Source: an uncultured virus (IMG/VR IMGVR_UViG_3300013105_000023)
Taxonomy: Duplodnaviria; Heunggongvirae; Uroviricota; Caudoviricetes
DNA length: 64,000 bases
Reading direction: 5' to 3' (one strand)
Virus record (IMG/VR): IMGVR_UViG_3300013105_000023
The notes beneath the pieces are model-generated. The model saw only the letters and a program-made list of their open reading frames with translations, was not told the origin of the DNA and did no database searches. A program made the translations under genes and the position numbers. Position 1 is the first letter of the stretch. Every line of letters begins with the position of its first letter. Below, piece by piece: positions 47,239 to 58,400 of the stretch.

Positions 47239-48837
47239 ATGAAAAAAGCTACTTCGAGTCAATTGGCGGCTGCCTTGCTCGAACTGAAGGGGAAACCCAT
47301 CGATTTCGACAACTATCGGCCGTTCCGAAAGATCTACGATATCGATCCTGACATCATGGTGTTCAAAGCTGGACGCCAGATCGGGAAGTCAGTTTCACTC
47401 GGCGGACGTTTAGTGTCGAAGAGTATCGGCCGTGCGTACTTCAACTCACTGTACATCGCCCCGTTCCAGATCCAGGCGAAGCGTTTCTCGAATGCTTACC
47501 TTGACGCCTTCCTGGAATCGCCGCTCGTGAAGAAGTACTTCCGTAAGACAAGCGACACGAGCAACGTGTTCGAGAAGACTTTCTCTAACGGCTCAAAGAT
47601 TTACCTGTCGTATGCCCAGACCGAATCTGACGCCGACCGTATCCGTGGTCTGATGGCGGACCTGCTGACCGTCGACGAAGTCCAGGACGTCTCGTATGAC
47701 GCACTGCCCCCAATCTTCGAAATCCTGAACGCCTCGGAATACGCCCTGAAGGTCCTGGCCGGCACGTCCAAGTCTTCGGCGAACACCTTGGAGCAGCTGT
47801 GGCTCCGTACCAACCGTCTGGAGTGGGCCACCAAGTGCACCCACTGTAACCACTGGGTCATCCCACGGGATTACGAGACGTGCATTGCGATCTGTAAACC
47901 TCAGGGCCCATCCTGTGACAAGTGCGGTGGGTTGATCGACGTCGGTACCGGCCAGTGGATTGCCACGAACCCGAGCATCAAGAACCGTGTGGGCTTCCAC
48001 CTTCCGCAGCTCATCGTCGGTGACAACTGCCGTCCGAAGAAGTGGGCTCGTCTGGTCGATAAAGTCCAACAGGCTCAGGAAGGCGGTCTCTATACGCCAG
48101 CCACGCTGGCCAACGAAGTGTTCGGTCTGGCGACAGACCTCTCCGGCCGTTCCCTGTCGATGCAGGAAGCGATGAACTGCTGTGTTCCCGAGTGGAAAGG
48201 CTGGGCGTCCCCGACCGACTTCTCGAACAAAGTCTGGGCCGCGATTGCCCCGACGATCACCCGTACCGTTCTGGGCGTCGACTGGTCCGTTACCGGTGGT
48301 GTTAAGTCCTATACTGTTGCCTCCGTTCTGGGGTATGATGGGTACGGTAAATGCTACCTGCTTGAATCCCGCAAGATGCAGGGTATTCACATTCTGAGCC
48401 AGGTAGAGGAAGTTTGTAAGCTTGCCCTGAAGTGGAACTGTGCGATCGTCGGTTCTGACCGTGGCGTCGGTGTTCTGCAGGGACAGTTGATGCAGAAAGA
48501 ATTAGGCCACAACAAAGTCATCATGATCAACTACGTGGCGGCCAAGAAGCGTCTGCGTTGGGATGGCGAAGGTCAATACCTCGCAGCCGACCGCTCACAG
48601 GCGATCGACAACGTGATGATGAAATGGCGTCTCGGCCAGCGTTCCTTTGTGGCGCCGTGCTGGGAAGTGACCGAAGGTATGTGGACGGATGCGTTGAACG
48701 TGTTCGAAGAAGAGACTAACGTGGGTCGCCGCGTGTACCGTCACCACCCGGATGAGCCGGATGATTGGATGCACTCTGTGGTATTCGGCAACGTTGCCTA
48801 CCAATACCTGAGCGGTGATTTCTCGTATACTGAGTAA
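47239..48837 (+). CDS. terL: Terminase large subunit
   Basis: Walker A GRQIGKS, Walker B LTVDE, GTSK coupling motif, CxxC ribbons, nuclease LGVDW and PDDWMHS. Confidence 0.88.
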   Translation: MKKATSSQLAAALLELKGKPIDFDNYRPFRKIYDIDPDIMVFKAGRQIGKSVSLGGRLVSKSIGRAYFNSLYIAPFQIQAKRFSNAYLDAFLESPLVKKYFRKTSDTSNVFEKTFSNGSKIYLSYAQTESDADRIRGLMADLLTVDEVQDVSYDALPPIFEILNASEYALKVLAGTSKSSANTLEQLWLRTNRLEWATKCTHCNHWVIPRDYETCIAICKPQGPSCDKCGGLIDVGTGQWIATNPSIKNRVGFHLPQLIVGDNCRPKKWARLVDKVQQAQEGGLYTPATLANEVFGLATDLSGRSLSMQEAMNCCVPEWKGWASPTDFSNKVWAAIAPTITRTVLGVDWSVTGGVKSYTVASVLGYDGYGKCYLLESRKMQGIHILSQVEEVCKLALKWNCAIVGSDRGVGVLQGQLMQKELGHNKVIMINYVAAKKRLRWDGEGQYLAADRSQAIDNVMMKWRLGQRSFVAPCWEVTEGMWTDALNVFEEETNVGRRVYRHHPDEPDDWMHSVVFGNVAYQYLSGDFSYTE

Positions 48838-48863
48838 CCTAAAATAGCCAAGAGGAAAATGAC

Positions 48864-49433
48864 ATGGCCAAGAAGAAGCAAGATTCAATGATTGACGATG
48901 TAAACCCACTGTTTGCGGACAGTGACTTCAAACAAAGCGAAATGGCGACTCCGGACGAGATGTTCCCGGAGACTGCGGAAGCGACCCCAGCTGAACCAGA
49001 ACCGGAAGTTCCTGCAGATCCGTCAGAAGAACCTGCTAAGCCGGAACTGACTGAAGAGCGTAAAGCCCACCTGCTGTCGATCGTCGACACGATCATGTTC
49101 GAAGGCAGCTACAGCGAAGTTGTGCCGTTTGGTCGCAAGTACAAAGCGACCTTCCGTTCGCGTACCGCTGGTGAAGACAACGAGATTTCTCAGCGTCTGG
49201 ATGGCCGTACCTTCAACACCATGATTTCTTACCAGAACCAGAGCTCCCTGCTGACCCTGGCGTACGCCCTGGTCGATCTGAACGGGGTTAACCTGCGTGA
49301 AATGAGCGTGAAAGACCGCTACGCTCACGTGGCCGGCCTGCCGTCTCAGCTGGTGGTAATCCTGACAGATCTAATGTCGAAGTTTGACCAGACCGTGATG
49401 CAGGCGATGGAATTCGGTAAGGAAAATTTCTAA
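48864..49433 (+). CDS. Tail assembly chaperone (gpG-like)
   Basis: Upstream of the tape measure gene; ends in slippery heptamer A AAT TTC before TAA. Confidence 0.65.
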   Translation: MAKKKQDSMIDDVNPLFADSDFKQSEMATPDEMFPETAEATPAEPEPEVPADPSEEPAKPELTEERKAHLLSIVDTIMFEGSYSEVVPFGRKYKATFRSRTAGEDNEISQRLDGRTFNTMISYQNQSSLLTLAYALVDLNGVNLREMSVKDRYAHVAGLPSQLVVILTDLMSKFDQTVMQAMEFGKENF

Positions 49434-49792
49434 AACAGTCATGGGCGAAGCTCCGGATGGACCTCTATCTCAAGGGGATTCATCCGGACGTCCTGGGTTC
49501 TCCGAGGGATGTCATCTTCAGGCAGCACGCTATGAACGAAATCGTTCAGGAATCCAGGAAGCTTATGGCTGGGGTCGCAGGCTCCCTCGGTAACAGTCAG
49601 GCCGCCAAGCAGATTCTTCAAGATTTCGCTAAGAGCTTGTTTGATACACCGCAAACTAAGCAACACCGTCATGCGGATATGCTTAAGTATTACAACCAGC
49701 ACGTTAAGCATCTGGCTCCAGAAGCCAAGTTGGTTACTGATGGTCAAAACAAGTATCTCAAAGTGTCAGGTCTGGAGGAATTGAATGGCTGA
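49421..49792 (+). CDS. Tail assembly chaperone extension (gpT-like), probably read by -1 frameshift
   Basis: The -1 frame opens at 49421, spanning the slippery site; no clear SD for ATG 49457. Confidence 0.65.
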   Translation, partial: GKFLKQSWAKLRMDLYLKGIHPDVLGSPRDVIFRQHAMNEIVQESRKLMAGVAGSLGNSQAAKQILQDFAKSLFDTPQTKQHRHADMLKYYNQHVKHLAPEAKLVTDGQNKYLKVSGLEELNG

Positions 49793-52700
49793 TAATATGT
49801 TCTCACAAGCACCGATGTCCACGTATTACGGCTTCGGTATCAACCCGGCGTACACCACGCCGGCTTACATGTCCAACTTCCGTCCGGCGTACGCGTCGGA
49901 CACTGATCCCTATAACCCGTACTCGCAGAACCGCTCCTACGCTGATGCCCTGCGGACCCAATACCTCTTCCAGCCTGCTGGCACCTTTGCTTCTGACCCG
50001 TCAGAGGATGAACGTGCTAACAACTGGGCCCTGAACTCAATGAACTCCGATGGGTTCATGAACGGCGTCACCAAGATCGGCGTCCCGCTGGGTGCCTGGT
50101 ATGCGGCCAACAAGTTCTTCGGGCAGAAAGTCGGTGCGAATTCGCCGACCGCTGGCCTGTACAACCGTTCCTCAGCGTATGCCCGTGCGATCTACCAAGG
50201 TCAAGGCATGGGTGCAGCGGCGAACGCGTGGTCGTCAGTGGCTGCGAGACAGTCTCTGGGCGGCGCTATGGGGTCTGGCTTCGGTCGTTTTGCAGGGAGT
50301 ACCTTCGGTAGGGGTATCGGTCTTGCGGGCCGTGCAGTGGGTCTGGGAGGCGCTCTCGGGGGTGCTGCAGCAGTCGGTGGGACCGCCGGTGCCGTGCTCG
50401 GTGGAGCGGTCGGTGCCTTAGCGGCTCCAATCCTCGGCGGAGCGGCCCTGGCTAAAGCGTCAAACTACTACCTGTCAGATCCGTACGTCGGGATCCGCCG
50501 GGGTGAAGACGCGATGCTGGCCAACTCGGCCAACACGTTCGTCGGTGGGCAGGCTACGCCTAACATGGGGACCTTCGGGATCTCTGCCACGCATGCCAAC
50601 TCCCTGAGCCGTGCCTTTATGTCTTCAAACATCCAGGACAAAGGGTTCAAGCCGGGCGATTACGCTGCGATGGCAGACTACGGGATGCAAGCCGGCCTCT
50701 TCAATGAAGTTGGCAACATGAACGTCGACCAGATGAAGAAGAAGGTCGAAGGCATGGCAGACGCCGTCAAGATGATCATGGCGGTGGCCAACACGAACTC
50801 CGTGAAGGAAGCGATCCAGTACATGGGCCGCTTGAAGGCTGCAGGTGTGTCAACTACCGGTGGGATGAACCGTGTGATGTCCGAAATGGGTATCGCGAGC
50901 GGTGTTTCCGGTGCGTCGGCCGAACAGATCATGAACACCGTGGGTAACCAAGGCCAGATGATCGCTCAACGTCTGGGCATCCTGCCAATCATGGGTCAGC
51001 GCCAAGCATCCAGCATCTTTGCCGGCTTCGCGAACGCCTACAAGTCTGGCTCTCTGCATCAAGCGGACGTAGCGGCTATGGGAGGGGTCGAAGGGGCGAC
51101 TCAGCTGGTCATGGAAGGTGGCGGACGTATCATGAATAACCCGTACTTCAAAGCCGCGATCAACTCCGGTGCTGAACTCGGTACTGGCAACATGCTGAAC
51201 GTGTCGCAGGCCTTCGGTGGCCGCCGTGCGAGCAACCCACTGCAGTCGTTCTCAGAAGATCAGCTGAACTTCGGGGTTAACGCATCGCAGTACCTGGGCA
51301 AACATTCGATGGGCAGCACCGTGCTGAATTACCTGTACGATAAGTCACGGTACACGCCAGCCGCTCAGATGAAGGACGGTTCGGGCAAGGTCAACATCAT
51401 GTCGGCTGTCGGTATGGCTATCGCTCGTGGAGAACTCTCTGCGGAAGAAGGCCGTGCGATGATCGAGCAGTACAAAATGACCAAGGAACCTGACTACCAG
51501 CGTCGCATGGAGCAGGCCACTCGTGGGTCAGCAGACAAGCAGATGCAACAGTACGCGTCTCAGCAAGGCTACGACACCCTGTCCGGTGTGCCGTTGATTG
51601 GCCGCATGTACCAAGTCGGGCGTGATCTGAACCGGGATGGCTTAGCCGGAGGTTCGGCAATCGGCGGAGCATTCACCAAGATGCGTGCCGAGATGGCGGA
51701 CTCGTGGGATTCCTTCGCAGCCGGTATCCAGGGTCGTACCCGTGACCAAGATCGACCGGTTGCCCGTTACGGTATGGAAAACGGCGTACAGACGTACCAA
51801 ACGACGGATTACTATGCGGCCACCGACAACGGCCACCGCATGACCCAATATGACGGTGTCATGAAGGCAATTGCCGCAGACTCCGCTGCCGATCCGACTT
51901 CGGAACTCGGTAAGGTCGTAACCCAGTTGAAAGCAAACTTCGGTAAGAAGGGTGCGGACAACCGTGCGTTGCTCGACAAGTACTACCGTCTGAAGAAAGG
52001 TGACGTCGGTGCCCCAGGTGGCTACTCAAAGGCGGAGTACATGGACTTTGCCAACCAGGGTCTGCAGTACGGCGTGGCCAAAACGACCAAGCAGACGGCA
52101 GCGGATCTGAACCCGAAAGTCAGTGATGACTTCCTGACGGCGTACGTCGACGGGCTCGAAGGCAAGGGTCGTGCCGCGGTGAACAGCGAGTACGTGAAGT
52201 CTGATGCGTACAAGACTGCTGGGTTCATGGACAAGTACACGCCGTTCGGAGATGGCTTTGAGAAGTTCGCCAAAGGTCGTTTCGGTAAAGGCGACGGTGC
52301 CCGCGTGTTCAACGCAGCGATCCGTTCTCAAGCCCGCACCGGTAAAGCGGACCTCGGTGATCTGTTCGACGCCGGCGGTGACGGTAAGACGTCATACTAC
52401 TCAGCGGACTTCGGTAAGCTCCTGTCGCAGTACAAGCAGGATAAATCGAAGATGTCGGCGGAAGATCGCTCTCGTGTGGAAGAATACCTGGCGATGCAGA
52501 AGATGTCCGGCCTCGGCGGGGACAAACTCAGTGCTATCGACCAAGGAATCCTGGCTCTCGGCCGTGGTGACACGGACAAAGCCGGTATTCTCTACGGAAA
52601 AGACGGTGACGCTCTGAGAGCCGGTGCGAGCAGCGCCATCAACGCGGCGACGGAACGTATGGACGTGTCGAGTTACCGTAAGGGTGTCAAAGGGGCTCTG

Positions 52701-53126
52701 GTTGGAGCGAGTTACACCGGTGTTGACGTTGACGCCCTGGACTCACGTACCGATTCATCGCTGGGTTCACTCTCTGCTCAATCCCGTGCAGAAATGATCA
52801 AGCGGTCTGGCGAGATCTCTGCCGCTGCCCGTGACAACATCAATCAGAACGTGACGGAATCACAGAATCTGAGCGACAAGTTCGGTGGGGAAGACGCCCT
52901 GAAGTCCTTCGGTGACGTCGCAGACGGAATTGGTAAAGCGACAGAAGGCTTGTCCGGTTCGGCAGATGCCCTGACTAAGGCCGCCTCGGAACTCAGTAAA
53001 GCAGCAAAAGCCGGAGGAAATGATCCAAGATTGACGGCAGCGATCGAAAATCTAAACAGGATCCTCCCGGGTCTTAAAGGTGGACCAAGCCCGGGTGTGA
53101 ACAATAACTTCGGAGGACCACGATGA
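49785..53126 (+). CDS. Tape measure protein
   Basis: 1113 aa, Gly/Ala/Met-rich helical with hydrophobic segments; follows the chaperones. Confidence 0.75.
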   Translation: MADNMFSQAPMSTYYGFGINPAYTTPAYMSNFRPAYASDTDPYNPYSQNRSYADALRTQYLFQPAGTFASDPSEDERANNWALNSMNSDGFMNGVTKIGVPLGAWYAANKFFGQKVGANSPTAGLYNRSSAYARAIYQGQGMGAAANAWSSVAARQSLGGAMGSGFGRFAGSTFGRGIGLAGRAVGLGGALGGAAAVGGTAGAVLGGAVGALAAPILGGAALAKASNYYLSDPYVGIRRGEDAMLANSANTFVGGQATPNMGTFGISATHANSLSRAFMSSNIQDKGFKPGDYAAMADYGMQAGLFNEVGNMNVDQMKKKVEGMADAVKMIMAVANTNSVKEAIQYMGRLKAAGVSTTGGMNRVMSEMGIASGVSGASAEQIMNTVGNQGQMIAQRLGILPIMGQRQASSIFAGFANAYKSGSLHQADVAAMGGVEGATQLVMEGGGRIMNNPYFKAAINSGAELGTGNMLNVSQAFGGRRASNPLQSFSEDQLNFGVNASQYLGKHSMGSTVLNYLYDKSRYTPAAQMKDGSGKVNIMSAVGMAIARGELSAEEGRAMIEQYKMTKEPDYQRRMEQATRGSADKQMQQYASQQGYDTLSGVPLIGRMYQVGRDLNRDGLAGGSAIGGAFTKMRAEMADSWDSFAAGIQGRTRDQDRPVARYGMENGVQTYQTTDYYAATDNGHRMTQYDGVMKAIAADSAADPTSELGKVVTQLKANFGKKGADNRALLDKYYRLKKGDVGAPGGYSKAEYMDFANQGLQYGVAKTTKQTAADLNPKVSDDFLTAYVDGLEGKGRAAVNSEYVKSDAYKTAGFMDKYTPFGDGFEKFAKGRFGKGDGARVFNAAIRSQARTGKADLGDLFDAGGDGKTSYYSADFGKLLSQYKQDKSKMSAEDRSRVEEYLAMQKMSGLGGDKLSAIDQGILALGRGDTDKAGILYGKDGDALRAGASSAINAATERMDVSSYRKGVKGALVGASYTGVDVDALDSRTDSSLGSLSAQSRAEMIKRSGEISAAARDNINQNVTESQNLSDKFGGEDALKSFGDVADGIGKATEGLSGSADALTKAASELSKAAKAGGNDPRLTAAIENLNRILPGLKGGPSPGVNNNFGGPR

Positions 53127-53332
53127 ACATCGAAATCGTCAACATGAATGCAACTGAGTTGTTCCGTCAGCAGGTAATCGGCGCCATGGAGGGCGTCCGG
53201 TTCCAAAACTCTGGTGGAACCCAAACCTATCTCCCGCTGCAGCTCGGCGGGGTTTTTGCCCAACTGGACTTGCTGTCCGGTGGACACGCACTGCGTATCA
53301 CGAGAATCGTAGAGGAATCAAATGGCGGATAA
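53123..53332 (+). CDS. Small hypothetical protein
   Basis: 69 aa; GGAGG SD; overlaps both neighbours. Confidence 0.6.
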   Translation: MNIEIVNMNATELFRQQVIGAMEGVRFQNSGGTQTYLPLQLGGVFAQLDLLSGGHALRITRIVEESNGG

Positions 53333-54734
53333 CAAATACGGAATTGCCCGTATCAACCAAGAAGGCGAACGTCTCTTTACCGTTCGTCCTCGCTACAACG
53401 CCACCAGCGAAGATAACCCGACGCGTGGTGAAGCTGCCACGCTCCGTCTGGTATTGAGCGAGAAGCCTGACGCCTCGACGATCAATGCGTTGACAGCCGG
53501 CATGCCTTACTTCGAAGCGATTGCGTTCAAACGCATGATGAACCAGGACGAAGGCAACGGTGGTTACAAAGACTTCATCATGACCGACTTGGCGTATGAC
53601 ATGTCTGAGAAATATCAGGTGTTCCATACGTTCGGCGGCCATGAGGCAGTCTACTTTTACGGTCAGAACCCACTGGCGATCCGTGTGTCGGGCATGTTGA
53701 CGGACGATCTGGATAACGACCAGTTTGCCCGCTTCGCCCAGCTGTACACGAACCACTTGCGTGGAACCAAGGCCGCCCAGAACTACGCGATGGTCGAACT
53801 GGCCCTGCCGAATGCCACGTTCTTCGGGTCGATCACCAACATCTCGTTCCAGCAGAACGCCGCTCGTGATACCGACATCGGTTTCACCATGGGCTTCCTG
53901 GTCAAAGAGACGATCTTCCGGTCAACCGACGTGTACTTCCAGGATGATTCTGGTGAGGTCTCCGACTACCAGGACGAGAACTTCCTGGGTACGCGACCAA
54001 CGGCGACGATCACAGCGTCTGACATCTACACCAAGATTGCGGACTTAACGGCAGAGATCGACGACCTGGGTCGCTCGACCAATGCCAACAGCATGCTGGG
54101 ACGTGGCGGCACCGGATCCGGCGGCTTCAATATCTTCGGCGTCTACACGCAGGCGATCAACTCGATTCCATCGATGTCGGATCTCCTGGGTATCGGTCCG
54201 GAAGACATTGCCGCGATCCTGACGTCGTGGAACAACACGCTGAATGACATTCTGTCGGTGCCGAATGCCATCATCAACAAGGTGAATAGCTACGCGGACG
54301 AGGCTGTGTCATACTTGACGACGGTCGAGCGTGGACTTGACCAGATGATGGGCCAGATCACCGGTACCGTCGGGGCGTTCTACGGCGCTGTCGACAAGGT
54401 TAAGGACACGATCGGCACCATTGCCAACTTCCCGGAAAGCCTGGCATCCCGTGTGGGTCGCTTCCTGGATAACGGCTTCATGTCACCAAACGGAGCGGAC
54501 GGTTCCTTCCTGCTCAGTTCACACGGCGGCGGCAACGGGGACAGCCCCAGCAATGCCCTGGTCGGTGGCGGAGCCCTCGGAGCGGCGGCCGCGGCGAGTT
54601 TGCTGTCTGCGGGGTCGCGAGCAGATCCGGGACCACAGCGTGGCGCCACGATCAAGCCAGTTCCGGTTAACGTAGGTATCGTGAAGAATTCAGATCAAAC
54701 GGCAACACTGCCAGTGGGAGTAATCGATGAGTAA
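53322..54734 (+). CDS. Baseplate/tail tube initiator protein (putative)
   Basis: EKYQVFHTFG..YFYG..P..I.VSG.L tube-fold-like pattern; follows the tape measure gene. Confidence 0.55.
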   Translation: MADNKYGIARINQEGERLFTVRPRYNATSEDNPTRGEAATLRLVLSEKPDASTINALTAGMPYFEAIAFKRMMNQDEGNGGYKDFIMTDLAYDMSEKYQVFHTFGGHEAVYFYGQNPLAIRVSGMLTDDLDNDQFARFAQLYTNHLRGTKAAQNYAMVELALPNATFFGSITNISFQQNAARDTDIGFTMGFLVKETIFRSTDVYFQDDSGEVSDYQDENFLGTRPTATITASDIYTKIADLTAEIDDLGRSTNANSMLGRGGTGSGGFNIFGVYTQAINSIPSMSDLLGIGPEDIAAILTSWNNTLNDILSVPNAIINKVNSYADEAVSYLTTVERGLDQMMGQITGTVGAFYGAVDKVKDTIGTIANFPESLASRVGRFLDNGFMSPNGADGSFLLSSHGGGNGDSPSNALVGGGALGAAAAASLLSAGSRADPGPQRGATIKPVPVNVGIVKNSDQTATLPVGVIDE

Positions 54735-55407
54735 TTTAGGTGTTCGTTCCTACGCCAACTCGATGTTGATCGAGAACCTGTTCCGTCAGCGGGCCATGCC
54801 AGACCTGCTGCCGAACGTGAAATCCTTCACGACCCGCATCCTGATGCCGAGCGTGAAGATCGTCGAGGATGATTGTCACACGTTGATTGGCCGTAACGTC
54901 TCGGCCGATGACTATTCCATGGTGGGCTTGCTCGCCTTGGATACCGACGAGATCATCGATGAAGCGTACGTCGTGGAACGTTACAAGAAGAACATTTTCA
55001 CGATTCGCGTGCGTGACACGTGTGCATGTACCAGTACCGGTGGCATTTGTCGTAAGTGCTTGCACGGGACGTTTATCCGTTTGGGTATCAAGGACGATGT
55101 TCCGGCGGTGGGTTCCACCATCCGCATGCCAGTGGAGTCCTCGTCGTACCTGAACGCTCTGGCCAAGACTTACAGTGGCGCCCTGCTCGGGGTAAAACCC
55201 ATGGCGGCAGCGCCATTGCCGATCCGTCCTGATTTATACGGTGGGATGGTGACCCACGAGGAAATGACAATGGTTATCCGTGAGATGGCGTCTTTAAAAA
55301 TCCCAACAGATGAGGTAGACTACCTCAATGGGATTCACGACAAATTCGAACGTGCCCTAGCGATTGTTGCTTACTACGGAGTCTACGGTAATGCGTTTAG
55401 AAAATAG
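54727..55407 (+). CDS. Truncated RNA polymerase beta'-like Zn-binding paralog
   Basis: IVEDDCHT..G...TDEIIDE...VRDTCACTSTGGICRKCLHG aligns with VVTEADCHT..G...TDRLIDE...VRNTMTCQAKDGVCQKCYG of 7315-9135. Confidence 0.75.
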   Translation: MSNLGVRSYANSMLIENLFRQRAMPDLLPNVKSFTTRILMPSVKIVEDDCHTLIGRNVSADDYSMVGLLALDTDEIIDEAYVVERYKKNIFTIRVRDTCACTSTGGICRKCLHGTFIRLGIKDDVPAVGSTIRMPVESSSYLNALAKTYSGALLGVKPMAAAPLPIRPDLYGGMVTHEEMTMVIREMASLKIPTDEVDYLNGIHDKFERALAIVAYYGVYGNAFRK

Positions 55408-58400
55408 TCTTGGCGGGGATAACATTTACACCAACTTTCGGGTGTACGTGGAAGGGGTAGAAATCCCCTTCTCTTCAGCCAATATCTCCAACTCCTATGG
55501 TGGCCTCCCAACGGCCACCGTTTACGTTGCCCCTTGGCGTGGCTTCACGGAGATCACGAAGGGATACTTCCCGAAAATCCAGATCTTCTACCGTGACTTC
55601 AACCAGGGCCTGGCACCGTACGACGTTAAACGGCTGATCAGCACCATTCCGGATATTGAAGGTGCCGAAGAACGACTCGAAAACGCCAAAGAGACCTTCA
55701 ACAAGGTCGAGCGTAACGCGTACAAACTGCTGTTCGACGGCGTTATTGCCAGCGTCCAGGACTCCAAGAGCCTGGGTGGCGACGGCGGCCAGTCTTCTAT
55801 GGCGTTCAACTGCGTCCACCCTCACTATTTGCTGAACGAAATCCTCTTCAAGTTCATCGGGACCAACCCGGAGACCGAGACGGCGAAGGATTCTGCGTTC
55901 GGGATCATGGTCGACGGCGGTAACGTCGGTTCAGTCTTTGCCATTGAGCAAGCCTTGGCCGGTGTCCACGAGCCACGCGACGGGGATAAGACCCTGGAAG
56001 CCGGTGGCAGTGACACGTCAGTGCTCTCAGAAGGCATGCAGGACAACTATTGGCGCCTTCAAGGCATGCCCGGTGTCATTGTGGCCATGTGGAACTCCCT
56101 GAAACGCTCGGCTTACTCCGCGGCGTCGCAGGAAGACAAGTCGATCATGACCAAAATGTACATTCCGCTGTTAGAAGACGGCTTGAAGTACTTCAACCGC
56201 ATGACGGGCCACCCGGTAATCGAAGGAGCGATCCAAAAGGACGCTCAGATCGCCCCGACGCCTGCTCCAACGGTGACGCAGACAGCAGAAAGCAACACGA
56301 CACCAACCGGAAAGCTTCCCGAGCCGCCAAAAGGCACCCTCGGACAGAAGTTCATGTCGGATAAAGGTAAAAAAGAGCTGATTGAGTTCTCTGAAGGCCG
56401 TCGTTACCGTCTTTACGACGATGCTACCGGCAAAGAGATCACTTTCGCGGCCGATGCAGTGGGTACGCCGACCATCGGTGTAGGTCATGCCGTGAAGAAA
56501 ACGGATACCACCTACGATAAAGTCACTCTTTCGGACTTGGACATCGATAAACTGCTGAGCCAAGACGTGGCGTCGGCGACACAGGCTGTAAACAACCTGG
56601 GATTAACCCTGTCACAGGGTCAGTTTGACGCTCTCGTGGACCTGACGTTTAACGTTGGCCCTGGTGCCAAGGGCGGTAAGGACGGAGCACTGTGGCAGGC
56701 AAGCGGCGAACCGTCAACGATCGTCCGTTTGATCACCGAAGGGAACACCCAAGGCGCTGCTGACGGCTTCCTCGCGTGGACCAAAGCGGGTGGATCGGTA
56801 TCTCAAGGTCTGGTGACCCGCCGTTCACGCGACCGTTCATTCTTCCTGGATGCTCCGCTGCCCTCCTCCCAGGAGTTGGCAAACCAAGCCGCCGCGGCCA
56901 AAGGGACCACCGAAGAGATGTCGAACAACAACGGCAAACTCGTCCCGGCCAACCTGAATGGCTTGATGCCGCGTGCCATGGCCGAACAGCTGCTGCACAT
57001 CATGTCCAACGATCTGATGTCAGGCGGTACCGGTGAAGTGACGTCGTTTGGTTCGTTCATTCAGCAGTTCCTGCAGATCATCGAGTACGATCACGTCATC
57101 CTAAGCTCGCCGGCAGTACTGGGTATCGCGGGCCGCCGTGAAGTCATCGACCACGTGTTTAAACCGAAGATGTTTGCGTACTATTCACCGATCTGTAACG
57201 TCATTCTGCCACACATGTACGAATCGATGAGTGTGAACCTCGGGACAGACCAAGTGCCTTCCCGTGTGATCTACAACGCGATGCCGTTCCAAGCGGACTC
57301 GGCCATGAATGCCACGACCGATGTGTTCGCCCACAACTTCATTGCCCCACACTCTGTCCGTAAGGCGCTGGCCAACGGCGGTAACCTGTCCAAGACGTTG
57401 CTCCCAATGCGTGCGACCCCTGGCAAATACGAGTGGGCGAGCGGTGTGCGGACGGCGGACGGTAACCTGCCATTCTGGTACAGCGTGCTGTCTCAGCAGT
57501 CTGAATCAGCGAACGTCGGCGACTTGGCAGACAAAGACACCGGTGCCCGCCTTAAAGCGGCATGGTTGAAGCTGTATCCAGAAGACCCGAACCTGAACCC
57601 GTGGGACGTGACGCTGGCGGGAATCAACGCGTATGAACGCTTGTTCTTCACCGGTGTCGACGTGGAATACTCGAACATCTACTCGTCCGCCCGCTCTGGC
57701 GTCGTGGATGGCGTGTTCAACCCGTTCATCATCCCGGGTTACCCAATGGACGTGGTCGATCCGTCGCCGCTCCGTGAGTCATACCACGGTTTCTGCACCA
57801 GCGTGAACCACTCAATCGATGCATCGGGCTACTCTTCGACCAACATTGGGATGAGCTCTGCGTACACCTTCTCGGAATTGGCCACGTGCTACATCCCGGG
57901 AACGTATCCGTGGCTGCTCGCTCAGTTGAAGATGGATGAAAACCTGAAGATGTACGGCAATACGCCTGCTTTCCAGCGTGCCTGCCAGTACTACGTTGAC
58001 GTGCTCGGCGTCGGTGCAGCAGATCCGACCATCCTCGAAGCGTACTCAACCGGTAGACCAATCCCGGTGACGCGTAACATGGGTGTCTGGGAGATCGGTG
58101 GCTCAGAGGCCGTGAATGATCCGTCTCGCCCAACGCTCTACACGACGGCACTCGGTAACCTGAACCTCGTGGCCCGCAACATCTCGACGCTTCTGGATGT
58201 TCAGATGGAACACAGCGTTCTGGCTGAAACTTTCGTGGATATCGACATGTGGAACCAAGGGTCACCGACCGTGGAAGAAGTCCGCAAGGGTCCGTGGGTG
58301 AATGACGGCAAGACCGCATCGAGCAGTACGCTGCGGGGTCGCGACATGGAGTCTTCGGCGTTCATCGACTACGAGTTCGACGGCGAGACGCCAGATCCAA

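Noticed and set aside
47593..48390. 265-aa minus-strand ORF and the many other antisense or nested ORFs in the track
   Set aside because: They are shadows of well-supported genes such as terL, with no SD or motif support.
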